Notes: generated by a model not told the origin, from the letters alone. A DNA stretch of 34,047 nucleotides from Selaginella moellendorffii (GCF_000143415.4 NW_003314304.1:1255982-1290028); one strand, 5' to 3'. Counted from the first letter of the stretch, positions 1 through 12,703 are shown. Numbers and translations: made by a program.

Positions 1-515
1 TGGTTTCTTCTCGAATTCTCATCACACATGGCCCCCCATCCCACCGTGGTTGCCAGTGAAAACCGTCAGAAACAAGCAGTTCATTGTTACTGTATCTGCG
101 GTCGTTCTTGTACTAAACTAAGGAACGTAAAGTCTGATTACCGGATACTCGAGTCTGAGTGTTGGATCTTGTAGCCTGAGCCTACTCCTTGCCTTCGATC
201 CCTGGAAGGTGTGAATAAGGATGGGCTGCGGTGATGTGGATGAGATAGAGAATTGGAAAGTGGAAGATAGTCGTAATCAAGAAGAAGACGATTGATGAAC
301 AAGTGGGAGATGGAGTTAGGATTAGGGATTGGGATGAGTCAGGATCTTTAAGCCTGACTCTTTTAATGGCCTCTCGGCCTTTGGACTCGTCATCCTAATT
401 CTACCCTAGTGGCCTATTGGCCTTCAGATCCGAGGACTTCAGATCATACATCCGAAGCCTCGGGATTGCTGGTTTACAGAAACCTTCCATTACACAACTA
501 AATAAGGGGAGTTCT

Positions 516-664
516 AGTAAGGGTTTCGGCATTCTTGTTCATCACCATTTTTGAAATCCAGTTTCTAGTCTCGTTTTAGTCTCCTATTCTTGTTCCTATT
601 TTTGTATAGTAATGAGCATCTTAAATACATTCATGTTCTGCAATCCCTGTTTAGACCCATGACA
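516..664 (+). repeat. Possible short 5' LTR of the gag-bearing element
   Basis: Starts (A)GTAAGGG and ends CCATGACA just upstream of gag. No second LTR is visible to confirm it. Confidence 0.25.
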
Positions 665-747
665 GTTTGAGTAGAAATCCCAAAGATATCAATGTCGCCA
701 TCTTTCTTGAATCTTTGGTATTTTCAATTTCTCTTACTCGTATCATC

Positions 748-1414
748 ATGGATCAAGTCATCATGAATCTTCAATTACAAAATCAACAGCTTCAGGAAAC
801 CATCATGAAATTCTATTCTTATCTGCAACAACAGCTTATCAGTAGTTGTATACCTGAAGCTAAGATCAGTTTTCTAATAAAATTTGATACGACAAGATCC
901 AAGTTTCATAGATTCGTCAACCAAGTCAAGTTAGTCATTTGTATGTAACCTCACAAATATGCAAATGACCAGGTCAAAATGGGTCTTGTAGAATTTCTTC
1001 TCAGCGACATTACTGTTTAATGGTTTTCTCCCCTTCTGAAGAGGAATGCCCCAGAGCTCAACGATTTCAATATATTCCTCGAATTATTTGAAGCATGTTT
1101 TGGACAAACAGACTGAGCTCGAGTCTCAAAGACTAAGATTCATAAATTATTTCAAGGATCTTGTCTAGCATCAGTCTATGCATTAGAATTTTAACAGTTG
1201 GCGATGAATTTATCTTAGGATGAAGCTACACTGACTGATCAATTCTGTTATGGCCTTCGCAACAATTTCAAAGATCTTATCTTAACAGTTGCTGATCCAA
1301 CTACAATTGCTGATGCGATGAAAAAAGCGATTCGTTGCAACAATTGTCTCTTCGAACGTCGATAAGAAGCACGTCGACAAGCTCCTGACTCTGATATAGT
1401 CCCGCGTCGTCTCT
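748..1414 (+). mobile_element. Degenerate Ty3/gypsy gag (Retrotrans_gag; chromovirus Tcn1-like), several in-frame stops, element runs into N-gap
   Basis: Read-through translation: IPEAKISFLIKFDTTRSKFHRFVNQVKLVI..YANDQVKMGLV..WFSPLLKRNAPELNDF..FEACFG..KIHKLFQGSCLASVYALEF*QLAMNLS*DEATLTDQFCYGLRNNFKDLIL. This fits the gypsy gag pattern (KFDG..F..FV, QG..SV.Y..EF..LA..L.W, F..GL...KD). Confidence 0.85.
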
Positions 1415-1513
1415 AGTTCCTCCTTTCCTAGTATCAATTCCACTTCCAGTTTTGGCTGTTTTAGTTCCAGTTAAGAAAAATAAGGTTGTTCAACTCGAAT
1501 CGTATTTCTGCTA

Positions 1514-2013
1514 NNNNNNNNNNNNNNNNNNNNNNNNNNNNNNNNNNNNNNNNNNNNNNNNNNNNNNNNNNNNNNNNNNNNNNNNNNNNNNNNNNNNNNN
1601 NNNNNNNNNNNNNNNNNNNNNNNNNNNNNNNNNNNNNNNNNNNNNNNNNNNNNNNNNNNNNNNNNNNNNNNNNNNNNNNNNNNNNNNNNNNNNNNNNNNN
1701 NNNNNNNNNNNNNNNNNNNNNNNNNNNNNNNNNNNNNNNNNNNNNNNNNNNNNNNNNNNNNNNNNNNNNNNNNNNNNNNNNNNNNNNNNNNNNNNNNNNN
1801 NNNNNNNNNNNNNNNNNNNNNNNNNNNNNNNNNNNNNNNNNNNNNNNNNNNNNNNNNNNNNNNNNNNNNNNNNNNNNNNNNNNNNNNNNNNNNNNNNNNN
1901 NNNNNNNNNNNNNNNNNNNNNNNNNNNNNNNNNNNNNNNNNNNNNNNNNNNNNNNNNNNNNNNNNNNNNNNNNNNNNNNNNNNNNNNNNNNNNNNNNNNN
2001 NNNNNNNNNNNNN
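1514..2013. other. Assembly gap (N)
   Basis: Run of Ns. Confidence 1.
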
Positions 2014-2299
2014 ATGAGGCTTCAACACCTAGAGTCTCCCAACCGACTCGACCTTAGTTAGAGTTCCTCTTTACAGCCTGCCTGACTCCACCTTAGCCAA
2101 AGCTCCTCTTCACAGCTTGTCTGACTCTCCTTCAGAAACTAGAAATCTATTTCCAGTTTTTGGGTGGGAGTTTCTCTCCACTTTTAAAGTAGAGGTTGGT
2201 CCCCTATACCTTCCCCCAGGAGGGAGTCCTGACACGTCAGTATTTTACTGGTTTGCCACTAACTAATGATTTGGGTCTCCTTGGTAACTTACCCTTTGA

Positions 2300-2925
2300 G
2301 TCTTGCCACATTAGGACTCCTGCCACATCAGCACTCCTGCTACGTCAGCGTTACTCGTGACTCCACTTCAGCATTTTTTGCGAGTTCTGCCACATCAGCG
2401 ATATTCGCAACTCCTGCCTCGTCAGCATCTTTCGCGAGTTGCCACTTCAGTGTTACTCGCGACTCTTGCCACGTCAGCACTGCTCGTGATATTAGCAGAA
2501 AACCACCAAACATCCCAAGTCCTGCCACATCAGCACCTTTCACGATTCCTGCCACATCAGCAGCTTCTAGGACTTGATAAAATAACCATGCACGACTGCA
2601 ACACTTATGCTACGTCAGCGCCTTCTGTGCTGGTAGCCACTTACTCGGCACTTGAAATTGCTTTACTAGGGCAACTTTTGAGAGCCTCAGCTCTGCAGTC
2701 CCGCGACATCACCGTTCTCGTGATAAGGTCATATCACGGCTCCCGCGAGTTTTGTCACGTCAGCATGGATTAGTTACTGAAAATAGCATTTTTAGGAGCT
2801 CAGGCAAGCAGGTATCAGGCAGACTTCCGCCTGATGCCTTACTGAAGGTAGCATTAGGCACCCCTAGCATCAGGCATGCCTAACCTCAGGCACGCCTAAC
2901 ATTAGGCACGCCTAACTTCAGGCGC
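2300..2925. repeat. Motif array: ~12 copies of GCCAC(A/G)TCAGC-like motif, then ~17-bp AGGCACGCCTAAC repeats; probably TE subterminal sequence
   Basis: Motif variants recur across ~2305-2765; AGGCAC(G/C)CCTA repeats at ~2856-2925. Confidence 0.6.
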
Positions 2926-3719
2926 ATTATGTAAGCGGGAGTTATAACCGCTGATATAGGTAGTTAGGGTAGAGACAGAGACTACCCTAGAGCATTCGCA
3001 TCCTTCTGCATCTGTAATCTTCCTCCTGCATAAGTCTTTCCTGAGCAATTCATTCTTTTTCTCTCCCTGCAATTTCTTCCCTTGGAGTGGAAATCACCCA
3101 TTCCATTTTGGCGACCACGGTGTTCCCCGTTCCCCTCTTCACAGCGCTCATGGATTTCTCTCCTCAATTCCCTTGAATTTCTTCAATTTTCGTTTCAATG
3201 ATTGGCCCTTAAGGAAATTTCAGACAATCCTCTGTTTTTCTGTGCAATTACAGGTTTTCTTTTTCAATTCGCTTCAGCAATGTCTTCTCCCTCCTCTGCT
3301 ACCCACAATTCTTCATTCTGCTGGGCGAATTCCACGGCGCCACCTTTCTTTTTCACCAATTCGCTCAACTCCCCTGTTTTGCACTAGGGTCGTCAAAATC
3401 GGGCAAATTTCCAAAAATTCGAGAATTTCCAGACTGCCCATTTGTTCATCTCATCACGGCGCACAAGATTTCACCTTTCTTCATCAACTTTGGCTCTTCC
3501 TCAACGGTCTTCAACTGCGACTTCAGGCATCGACTTTGAGAATGATTTCAAGTGATCAATTCGCCTTCATTTCTGGCTTCAGATATCTGGCGACATCAAC
3601 AATCATCACCAACATTAGTCTACATCAGCAATAGGCGACTACTTTAACAACAACGACAGCTACAACTTCAGGCGACGTCAGATATCATCAACAATTGCTT
3701 TCCTTAGCGATCAAGATTC

Positions 3720-3830
3720 TTCAACAACAACTACTACAGCAACGTCTACTACAACAACTTCTACTTCAGCAACTTCGACTTCAGCAACTTCGTCATCAAC
3801 AATTTCGTCTTCAGCAACTTCGACTTCAGC
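3720..3830. repeat. Low-complexity 15-bp tandem repeat (TTCAGCAACTTCGAC-like)
   Basis: cttcagcaacttcga/cttcagcaacttcgt/catcaacaatttcgt/cttcagcaacttcga. Confidence 0.75.
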
Positions 3831-4442
3831 ATATTTCTTCCTAACACTTTGCCTGATTTTGCCTGATTTGCACAGCAGCATGCGACACCTGATCGCATGT
3901 ATGGACATGACAACCAGCTTACAAGACTTCACAACATAGAGCGTTCGCAGAGATAATTTGCAAAATTTCCACAAAAAATTTTGCAAAAGCCAAAGTAGTT
4001 ATTGAAACCTTTGTTTGCAAAGACACTTTCCTCCTCCTCATAAGACACTGATCTGCATATTTTTTTCACAACCAATTGTTATTGCAAAAAGAACATTAAA
4101 AAAGAATTGTTAGATAACTCTAACAACAAAAACAAATCCAAAGAAAACTGCAGTAAATTATTTAAAATATACTGCTACATTTTACATGCCCTTTCTAGCA
4201 TTCTTTCTTGGATCGTACTTTGGAAGACAAGAGGAGGAGTTTCAGAGATGCTTACCTTTGTTTTTGTTGTTAGAGTTATCTATAGCATTGGCTATTTCAA
4301 CTAGTAAGTATTATAATCTGAAGACTTTAGTAATTATATTCATTTTCTAATAAGAATTTTCTACATATATAACTGTCCAAACTTGATAATACTATTTTTT
4401 TTAACAAATTTTATTTTAAGTAAATAATGAAATATGATGCAT

Positions 4443-4975
4443 TCGCAAGAAGAATGGCTCGTTCCAAGAGCTCTTTACTCAGTGGAGCAGCTGATAGAGA
4501 GGTGCACTCAAGGCAAGACTTTGAGCATCAAACAAGCTTACAAACGACTGGAAACACTCCTATTGAGAATAGCTTCACTTTCCCATTCTTCTTGCTGCTT
4601 GCTTATCAGCTGGAATGAAACTGTCCCTTAAGAGTGCTTATCAAATCTTCATTGCTCCATTTGGTTTGGTTCGACATTACTCCATTTGGTTTGGTTCAGT
4701 GAGCTTAAATTGCAAGATGCTGTTGTGGAACTCATTGGAGTGTTGTTTGATCAATGTGGGCATGCACACAACGATTGCAACATGTCAAAAATGGAGGACA
4801 ACCATGACTGTAGATGCTAGCATTGAAAAGTTCAAATATAATTTAATAGAAATTAAAAAGTTAAAAGAAAAGGTATATGATCTGCCTTTAAATTAAAATT
4901 AAAACTTTGTTCAACCTTTATGAGTTAATAGTTACTATTATTTACCCCATATTTACTTTTATGAATCAACCATGC
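4443..4975 (+). repeat. Diverged paralog of the PPR-fragment plus AT-rich module (also at ~5600-6250 and ~8910-9530)
   Basis: Shared CAGCTGAT(A/C)GAGAGGTGCACTCAAGGCAAG, CTGGAAACACTCCT, TTCACTTTCCCATTCTTC, TGGAACTCATTGGAG and GAAATTAAAAAGTTAAA. Confidence 0.85.
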
Positions 4976-5196
4976 AACTTAAACAGGGAAGCTGAACTGC
5001 CATTTTATGCCATGATCTGCTTAACAAAACTTGGGTTTGATGGTAAGGACTCAATAGATTCTAATCAGGATTCGTATTGGGCTGCCCTTGGCAACCATTC
5101 ATTTTCTCGAATAAAAGACAAATGCTCCCCAAGGCTTAGCATAAACAAGAAATCCAAAGAAGAAACCAACAAGGATACATGAATGCGAACAAGATG

Positions 5197-6790
5197 GATC
5201 TGCAAGTCTACATGGGAGCAAGGACAAAACAGTTTGCACCATTTCTCCATTAAGGGACCATGTAGTTGTTGCCATGTTTATCTGGTGCCTCCTCAGGGAA
5301 GTGATAAGCGAAGAGCTTTGGGCACATGGGATAGGGCTTCTAGTTACTAAATCCCAGATCTTCTTTTGACTGTGGGACGATGCAAATCGAAGGCTGCTGT
5401 GTGAAGAACCTCCTGACTTGGAGGCGATTCCAGAAGTTATTTCTTTTCCGGCAAGTGCCAACCCATTTGTTTCCCAGGAACAGGAGGATCTTACATATGT
5501 GAAAACTGGGGTGATTGCTCGCTCTCTAGAATTGGAGAACGACCAGCTAGCTTCTTCAAATTACTTTTCAATCTCGAGAAATGCCTCAAGTGGAGTTACA
5601 CGCAAGAAGCATGGTTCATTCCGGGAGTCTCTCTACTCGGTTGCACAGCTGATCGAGAGGTGCACTCAAGGCAAGGCTTTTGAGCCTCGGACAAGCTTGC
5701 AAACGTCTGGAAACACTCCTGACGATGAGGTGGCCTGGGGTTGGAGTTACCAAGAATGATTTCACTTTCCCATTCTTCCAGCTTTCTTTCATTGTCCAGA
5801 ATGAGTGCGTCAAATCTTAAATTGCAGGATGCCATCATGGAACTCATTGGAGCATGTTCAATCAACGCACCAACTGCAACATGTTGAAAATGGAGAAGGA
5901 CAAGCATGTTGTTGTGTCTATGGAACGTCCAAGCGCATCTGATTCTTGAAATGCTTCCAAAATGGGAAAAAGATATTTGCCGTGGGTATAGCTACTTTGC
6001 ACGACAATGGTCTTGGCAAGCTGGCACACAGGCATATGAGGGTCATTGCAATGTCTCTGGGATTGTTCTAAACTTCAAATATAATTTAATAAATGGTGTT
6101 TTAGGTGAAATTAAAAAGTTAAAAGAAAAGGAATATTAAAAGTAAAAAAATGTCCGCCTTAAAATTAATACGATTAGACTTTGCTCCAACCTTTATGAGT
6201 TAATAGTTACTATCGCATTTACTTTAATGAGTTTCTTTATTTAACCATACATGCTTAGATTTAAACAATTCACAGCCATCGGATCAGCTAATCTGACGGT
6301 TAGGATGCTGTGTAAATATATCTAAAGGCTAGTGTTTAGGGTAAGTTTTGAGAGGGCTGGTTTTGCTGTTGGCGGCGGCGCTGGGAGGAGGCGGCGTGGG
6401 AGGAGGCGGCGTGGGAGGAGGCGTTATGTTTTTCTCAAACCATCAAAATGCACACTGGTGGGGTGCCCATTCTCAACGTGGCTACTCAGTATTCGTTTTG
6501 GGCTGTCGCTACTGTTTTGTAGTACGTTGAGGCGGCCAAAGCGAGAGGAAGTCGGGGAATCGAAGCCCCCGGCTGCCCCACACTTAGATGTAGGATTTTC
6601 GATTGTGTGAAACTACTAACAAGCAGGATCGAAGACCAGCTACCCAGCCCTCTCTTGGGGATTTCCTCTTTGAGGAGAACCCCTCCAAAACAAAAAACGA
6701 AGAAGAAGCATTCCTGTCGTTTTTTTGGTCTTCGAAACAGTTTCTGTCTTGTTGCTTGACAAGGATTAGGGCTCACGGGCGCCTCCCCTC
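5197..6790 (+). repeat. Segmental duplication block A, copy 1 (copy 2 at ~8477-10062; partial copy 3 at ~20420-21080)
   Basis: Near-identical sequence from TGCAAGTCTACATGGGAGCAAGG to GGGCTCACGGGCGCCTCCCCTC. Confidence 0.95.
5610..6065 (+). pseudogene. Degenerate PLS/E-class PPR gene fragment (paralogs at ~4450-4800 and ~8920-9360)
   Basis: Frameshifted motifs GVGVT(K/E)NDFTFPF (cf. PNDFTFPFLL), DAI-WNSL-GACSI (cf. D..IW.SLLGAC.IH) and ATLHDNGLGKLAH. Confidence 0.45.
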
Positions 6791-7486
6791 TCGCCAGCAC
6801 CTTGTTCCGCTCGATCCGGTCGCTGTTTCTCAGCGTGTTTCGCTTGAGCCTGAGCCGAAATCAAGTCCGACCGCAGAGCTAACTGCTGTTAAATTGTAAG
6901 CAAGTCTTCTTTATTATAACTGGCGAAAAAAAAACTTGCTTCTTAGTTTTGAGATTTGCGGGGCCAAGATCTCCCATGGCTGCTAGATTTCATATCTTCC
7001 TCCCAATCTTCAGCTGTCCCATCCAACTTCTCCCATCCCATCCATCTAAATCCCTCTCAGTAACTGAATCGTGAGATTGGTAGAGCATTTTCATGCGCAG
7101 TCGATCGGAGCCATTTCTTGTCCAGTGAGCGCTCTCGCTTGAGATCTTGCAATGGAGAGCTCTGGCGGAGCTCCGGCGGAGCTTGTCACTTTTGTCTTTC
7201 TGGGCAGAGCTTTGCAGGAGTTGAAAGAAAGTTATATATGATCTGCAGCCAACTTTGATGTAAACATGTAGTGATAAGTGAGAAAATTAATAGTAAACAC
7301 TAGTTTCAGTTTATGGAGCTTTAGGAATCGTTTTGTAGGGCTTATGTGAACGGATAAAATCACAACTTTTAAATTGAGACACCAGAAATCTGGAAACTAG
7401 CATGAAATTTTCAATAACAAACATTCCAGTTTTGATCTAAAATCAAAATATATTATATTTTTTTCTTTGAATAAAAATTTTTGTTT

Positions 7487-8465
7487 TCATTGACAGAAGT
7501 CTGCCACAATCTGGAGCAGAAGTTAATGCAACTCTTGAGCTGAGAAGAAAGGAGAATGGTACTCTATGCTGTAGACCTTGTCCGTCAAGCTCTTGGTCAC
7601 AGCAATGTGCTGCTCTTTGGGGCTAAACGACCTGTCCTTCTCCGTCTTTACGTACACCCTTGGCACGGATCCATAGCCTCTCTTAGAAGTGCTAAAGTTT
7701 ACCTTGGACACCGCCACGATTGGTGAAGGCCTCAAGAGAATCGACGTGAGCGCAACGTCCTGAAAGTAAAGCTAGAAAGAAACCATAGCTATCGGGCTAT
7801 AAGTGGCAAGCAGTACTCGAGAGAGAGAAGGGATAAAAGGCAATGTATAAAGAAGTAAGTACCTCTGCTGGTGAGAGATGATAAAACGCCTCACAGACAA
7901 AATCCTTCCAGACCATGACAGTCGTCGGTCCGTTTTCGACTCCATTTGCGAATGTAAAGTGCATCTTGTCAGGGAAAGACTCTGTTGCGCGCACCTTGAA
8001 ACAGCAAGGACCACAGCAATTGCATTAAAACTTGGGGGTGAAAAACAAAGAAGAAAGAAAGAGCAGCTCGCTTACCAAATTGATTTCGGCCTCCTGCGTT
8101 TGTAGTCCCACTGGAAACATGGCAGCGGCGATGTATACCGACACCGCAACCCTCTCCGGGAACTGTTCCGAGGCGTGGACCACGCTCACCCCTCCCAAGC
8201 TGTGGCCGACGAGCACAACCTGTAGCATCAAACGAAAGAGAGCGTCAGAAACTGTTCCAGAGAATTTTTCTCGCGGAGAACAAGAGACTGAGAGAGCGGC
8301 CGTCACTGTCGCTCGCGTTTGTACTTCTCAATCATTTGCCACTCACCTTGTCTTGCACTTTGCTGAGGAAATCAATCAAAGGTTGAGTGTACTCGGCGAA
8401 GGAGGTGACAGTCTCGGCGTTTCGGGTGTGCGTGCCGCAGCTCGAGAGGTCCAAGGCCGGAGCTA
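7487..8465 (-). pseudogene. Methylesterase (MES/SABP2/HNL-like alpha/beta hydrolase) pseudogene; exons ~8465-8347, 8219-8076, 7994-7863, 7759-7487
   Basis: ALDLSSCG..FAEYTQPLIDFL, VVLVGHSLGG (nucleophile elbow), FPERVAVSVYIAAAM, YGSVPRVYVKTEKD, HSPFFS. Phase-0 GT-AG introns. N-terminal HFVLVHG..HGAWCW is absent. TAA at 7523-7525 precedes in-frame LLLQIVADFCQ*. Confidence 0.9.
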
Positions 8466-8476
8466 GTTGACGATCC

Positions 8477-10062
8477 TGGATATGCAAGTCTACATGGGAG
8501 CAAGGAAAAAACACTTCACACCATTTCTCCATTAAGGGACCATGCTAATCTTCTCTGTAGTTGTTGCCATGTTTATCTAGTGTCTCCTAGCAGACATTTG
8601 AGGATGTGGAGGCCAGGGAAGTGATAAGCGAAGAGCTTTGGGCACATGGGATAGGGCTTCTAGTTACTAAATCCCAGATCTTCTTTTGACTGTGGGACGA
8701 TGCAAATCGAAGGCTGCTGTGTGAAGAACCTCCTGACTTGGAGGCGATTCCAGAAGTTATTTCTTTTCCGGCAAGTGCCAACCCATTTGTTTCCCAGGAA
8801 CAGGAGGATCTTACATATGTGAAAACTGGGGTGATTGCTCGGGAGAAGGAGCTCTCTAGAATTGGAGAATGACCAGCTAGCTTCTTCAAATTACTTCAAG
8901 TGGAGTTACACGCAAGAAGCATGGTTCGTTCCGGGAGTCTCTCTACTCGGTTGCACAGCTGATCGAGAGGTGCACTCAAGGCAAGGCTTTTGAGCCTCGG
9001 ACAAGCTTGCAAACGTCTGGAAACACTCCTGACGATGAGGTGGCCTGGGGTTGGAGTTACCGAGAATGATTTCACTTTCCCATTCTTCCAGCTTTCTTTC
9101 ATTGTCCAAACAAGCTTAAACTGCAGGATGCCATCATGGAACTCATTGGAGCATGTTCAATCAACGCATCGACTGCAACATGTCGAAAATGGAGAAGGAC
9201 AAGCATGTTGTTGTGACTATGGAACATCCAACCGCATCCGATGCTTGAGATGTTTCCAAAATGGGAAGAGGTATCTGCCATGGGTATAGCTACTTTGCAC
9301 GACGATGGTCTTGGCAAGCTGGCACACAGGCATATGAGGGTGGTTGCAACGTCTCTGGGATCGTTCAAAACCTCAAATATAATTTAATAGATGGTGTTTT
9401 AGGTGAAATTAAAAAGTTAAAGAAAAGGAATATTAAAAGTAAAAAAAAAATCCGCCTTAAAATTAATACGATTAGACTTTGCTCTACTATCGCATTTACT
9501 TTAATGAGTTTCTTTATTTAACCATGCATTTTTAGTTAGCTTAGATTTAAACAATTCATAGCCATCGGATCAGCTAATCTGACTGTTAGGATGCTGTGTA
9601 AATATATCTAAAGGCTAGTGTTTAGGGTAAGTTTTGAGAGGGCTGGTTTTGCTGTTGGCGGCGGCGCTGGGAGGAGGCGGCGTGGGAGGAGGCGTTATGT
9701 TTTTCTCAAACCATCAAAATGCACACTGGTGGGGTGCCCATTCTCAACGTGGCTACTCAGTATTCGTTCTGGGCTGTCGCTACTGTTTTGTACAGTACGT
9801 TGAGGCGGCCAAAGCGAGAGGAAGTCGGGGAATCGAAGCCCCCGGCTGCCCCACACTTAGATGTAGGATTTTCGATTGTGTGAAACTACTAACAAGCAGG
9901 ATCGAAGACCAGCTACCCAGCCCTCTCTTGGGGATTTCCTCTTTGAGGAGAACCCCTCCAAAACAAAAAACGAAGAAGAAGCATTCCTGTCGTTTTTTTG
10001 GTCTTCGAAACAGTTTCTGTCTTGTTGCTTGACAAGGATTAGGGCTCACGGGCGCCTCCCCT
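8477..10062 (+). repeat. Segmental duplication block A, copy 2
   Basis: Near-identical to 5197-6790 with small indels. Confidence 0.95.
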
Positions 10063-11327
10063 CTGTTCCGCTCCATCCCCAAGTCTTCACAATGAAAATT
10101 AAGCTGGGGAAAAATTGACCTTGATTCAATCATGCAGGAACATGATCAAGAACTCGTCGTGTGCAAGGCCTCCCTGCAAGCTTGATAAACAACAAAGAAC
10201 AGGGAACTGCAAACCATAAGAACACTTCATACTCGCGAACTTCAGTTTCTTCCGATTGCTCATGACCCCCAAAGGAGCGTTTCTCTTTGGATCTAGCTAG
10301 GGTAGGGAGCGGCAGGGACAGGATCACGGGCATTTCATCGAGCTTGTAGCTGATCTTGATCATACCTTGGACGGCCATGAATTTCTGGTATCATACCCCT
10401 CTCTTAGCATTGCTTATTAGATCAGTGCACTTCTTCTTCCATGACTTTCCTTGTCCTGCCTGAGATGAATGCGTCTGATTTTCGATTTTCAGATAATTTC
10501 CTAGCAGCGTCTACCTGGAAGAGCTCCCAAACGCATACTGTCCGGTATGTGCTAGCTGCTGGTGGTGAGAGCGTACCATGTTAATTAGATTTAAGTAGTA
10601 TCAACAAATATCTGTGGATTGGATTTCAGGCATTACAACAGACTAGGATAAAACTTCTTCCTTAGAAAAGAAAAATGTGAGAGAAAGACACTGACACTAG
10701 AGGTACTTTGAGCTCTATCTAGTATATTTTCTAATTGTAAATCATTTTATTGTCGATTTTCTATCGAATCAATATATCTAGACTTCATACAGGTAACACT
10801 TGCTTTATCTTTCTTGCTTTTCCAACGTTGGTTTCAGTTTGATATTTTAGTGTCAATCTTCATTCCGGAAAGTTTTCTTCTAATTCTCAAGCTGCTTTGA
10901 CAAGTTCCTCCAGAGGCAAGATGCTTTTTACTTAAGTTTTTTCAAAGAGTTTCTATCGATCTTATACTCTGCATGGCTGTGGCCTTGCAGTGTCTGCTTC
11001 AGCCAAGGTAGCGTTTGGGGACATGCCAAGGACGTGATCCTCCCGGTAAGGCGCAAGTGGATCTTCACATATATTTATATCATGCAACTCAAATTAACCA
11101 GGTAACTCTCGAGTCAAGAGACAAACCGGTTCTCAACACTTAATACTTTGACCAGTCCAGAAATAGGCGTGATCGAGGTCGCTACTTTCTCATGCTCCTT
11201 GTCGCAATTCTTTTGAGCCAGGGTCCTGGAGATACAAAGTCAAGCTCTACAAAGCAAGTATGAAGAGAGACACACGCCTTTACTTGGCTCATTCTTATGT
11301 CTGTATTATTATCATATATATGATGTG

Positions 11328-11470
11328 GAAGTTTTAAAATTGTTTAAAGTTTGCAAAAATGTGAAGTATAAATTTTTTTTATAAAAATAAAAAAATATTA
11401 ATAAAAAATAAATATAAAAATGCTTATGGCTAAAAAATGATGAGAAATTAATAAAAAGTTTTAAAACTTC
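11328..11470. repeat. Small AT-rich fold-back, MITE-like (duplicated at ~22339-22481)
   Basis: GAAGTTTTAAAA at 11328-11339 and TTTTAAAACTTC at 11459-11470; no clear TSD. Confidence 0.35.
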
Positions 11471-12415
11471 AAGTTGGTATAGTGTATATGTGTCAATTAT
11501 AACTACATTTGCTATAATGCCCACAACAAAATTCTAATTTTTCTTTCTTAAGATCTTCATTACAAACTTTTTTTGTTTGTGGGTGTCCCAGAAGTTTATG
11601 AATTTTTTGTAGCAACATACCAAGCACTTCCAAATGTTTAATGTCAATAGGATAAAGTACACTTGCATGTGTTTTATGATAAGAATCAAGTAAGTAACAT
11701 ATGTTAGCATAGAGTTAAAAAAATGGTAGTAGTTGTGTGAGCACAAGGTAATCCAATTTTTTATCATCCAAAGCATGAGCAAGACTATGTTAGTATGTTA
11801 ACCACACAAGTATGCTCTTGTGTCTATATTTCAAATATAGTAAGATCTAAGGGCATGAGAAACCTTATGAAATTGCATCATAAAAAGGTTTCATAATAGC
11901 TCAATTATTATTTTTGGATTGATGCTCAAGTAGAGGATAGCCAAGGTCAAGTCCAAGTCCAGCCAAAATGAGTAAAGGCTGTGTGCCTATGTTCTTATTG
12001 TGCATAAGCTTCACTCAGCTATTGAGGGCTTTGGCTACCCCTTGGCACTTGAAATATGAACCTTACAACTATGCCATACTGGTTATACATTGCCTTTACT
12101 CCATCTTTGGGTGCTAGGACATATGTGCTTTGCATTAACTACTTAGTTGATCTTACTAGTAGTCATATGTCTGTCTCAAAGATTAAGCCATGAATGTATA
12201 AATATAAATTGTTTTATATTGTGAAATTGTGAATGGCTTATTAAATCAATAATAGTTTATTTGATAGTACCTTACTACTCAGATAACTATAGTAATTCTA
12301 TAACTAATATGTGTAAAGAGTCCTGACTTTCAGAAGGGATGCACTTACTAGATTCAAGACTAATGTGTGCTCATTTATATTCTCAGTGGTTCATGATAAC
12401 TTGTTAAATCATATG

Positions 12416-12703
12416 ATGCTTTATTTCGTTAAAGTGGGACTTATTCAGTAAAGTGGGACATTAATTAGCATGTGTCCACATGCCATTTCCTAGTACTTAA
12501 TTAATATTTATTAATATTTCTATCAGTTTTTTAATTTATTTTTTTATATTTCACAATATTATAACACAAAATCATATGAAAAGTTTTTAATTTATAAATT
12601 ATAAAGTTAAAACTTCAATTTTTTATTGTTATTATAAAAATGGCATGTGGCCACACACCATAAGTGGGATAATGAAAAGTCCCACTTTAACGAAATAAAG
12701 CAT
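12416..12703. mobile_element. MITE, 288 bp, 27-bp perfect TIRs, 4-bp TSD (TATG)
   Basis: ATGCTTTATTTCGTTAAAGTGGGACTT (12416-12442) and its reverse complement (12677-12703). TATG at 12412-12415 and 12704-12707. Empty site AATCATATGGTCC at ~23373-23385. Confidence 0.93.

Noticed and set aside
85-494. Possible minus-strand solo LTR (TG..CA ends)
   Set aside because: No TSD and no second copy in the window.
1452-2061. Long ORFs spanning N-runs (also 29832-30875 and 32383-33044 on +)
   Set aside because: Artefacts of translating gaps, or antisense to RT.
2300-2570. Repeat array as a possible CRISPR
   Set aside because: Motifs are ~11 bp, degenerate and irregularly spaced; intervening sequences resemble each other; eukaryotic context with no cas genes.
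6332-6899. Short Gly/Arg-rich ORFs repeated in three copies
   Set aside because: No recognisable domain, and frames differ between copies because of indels.
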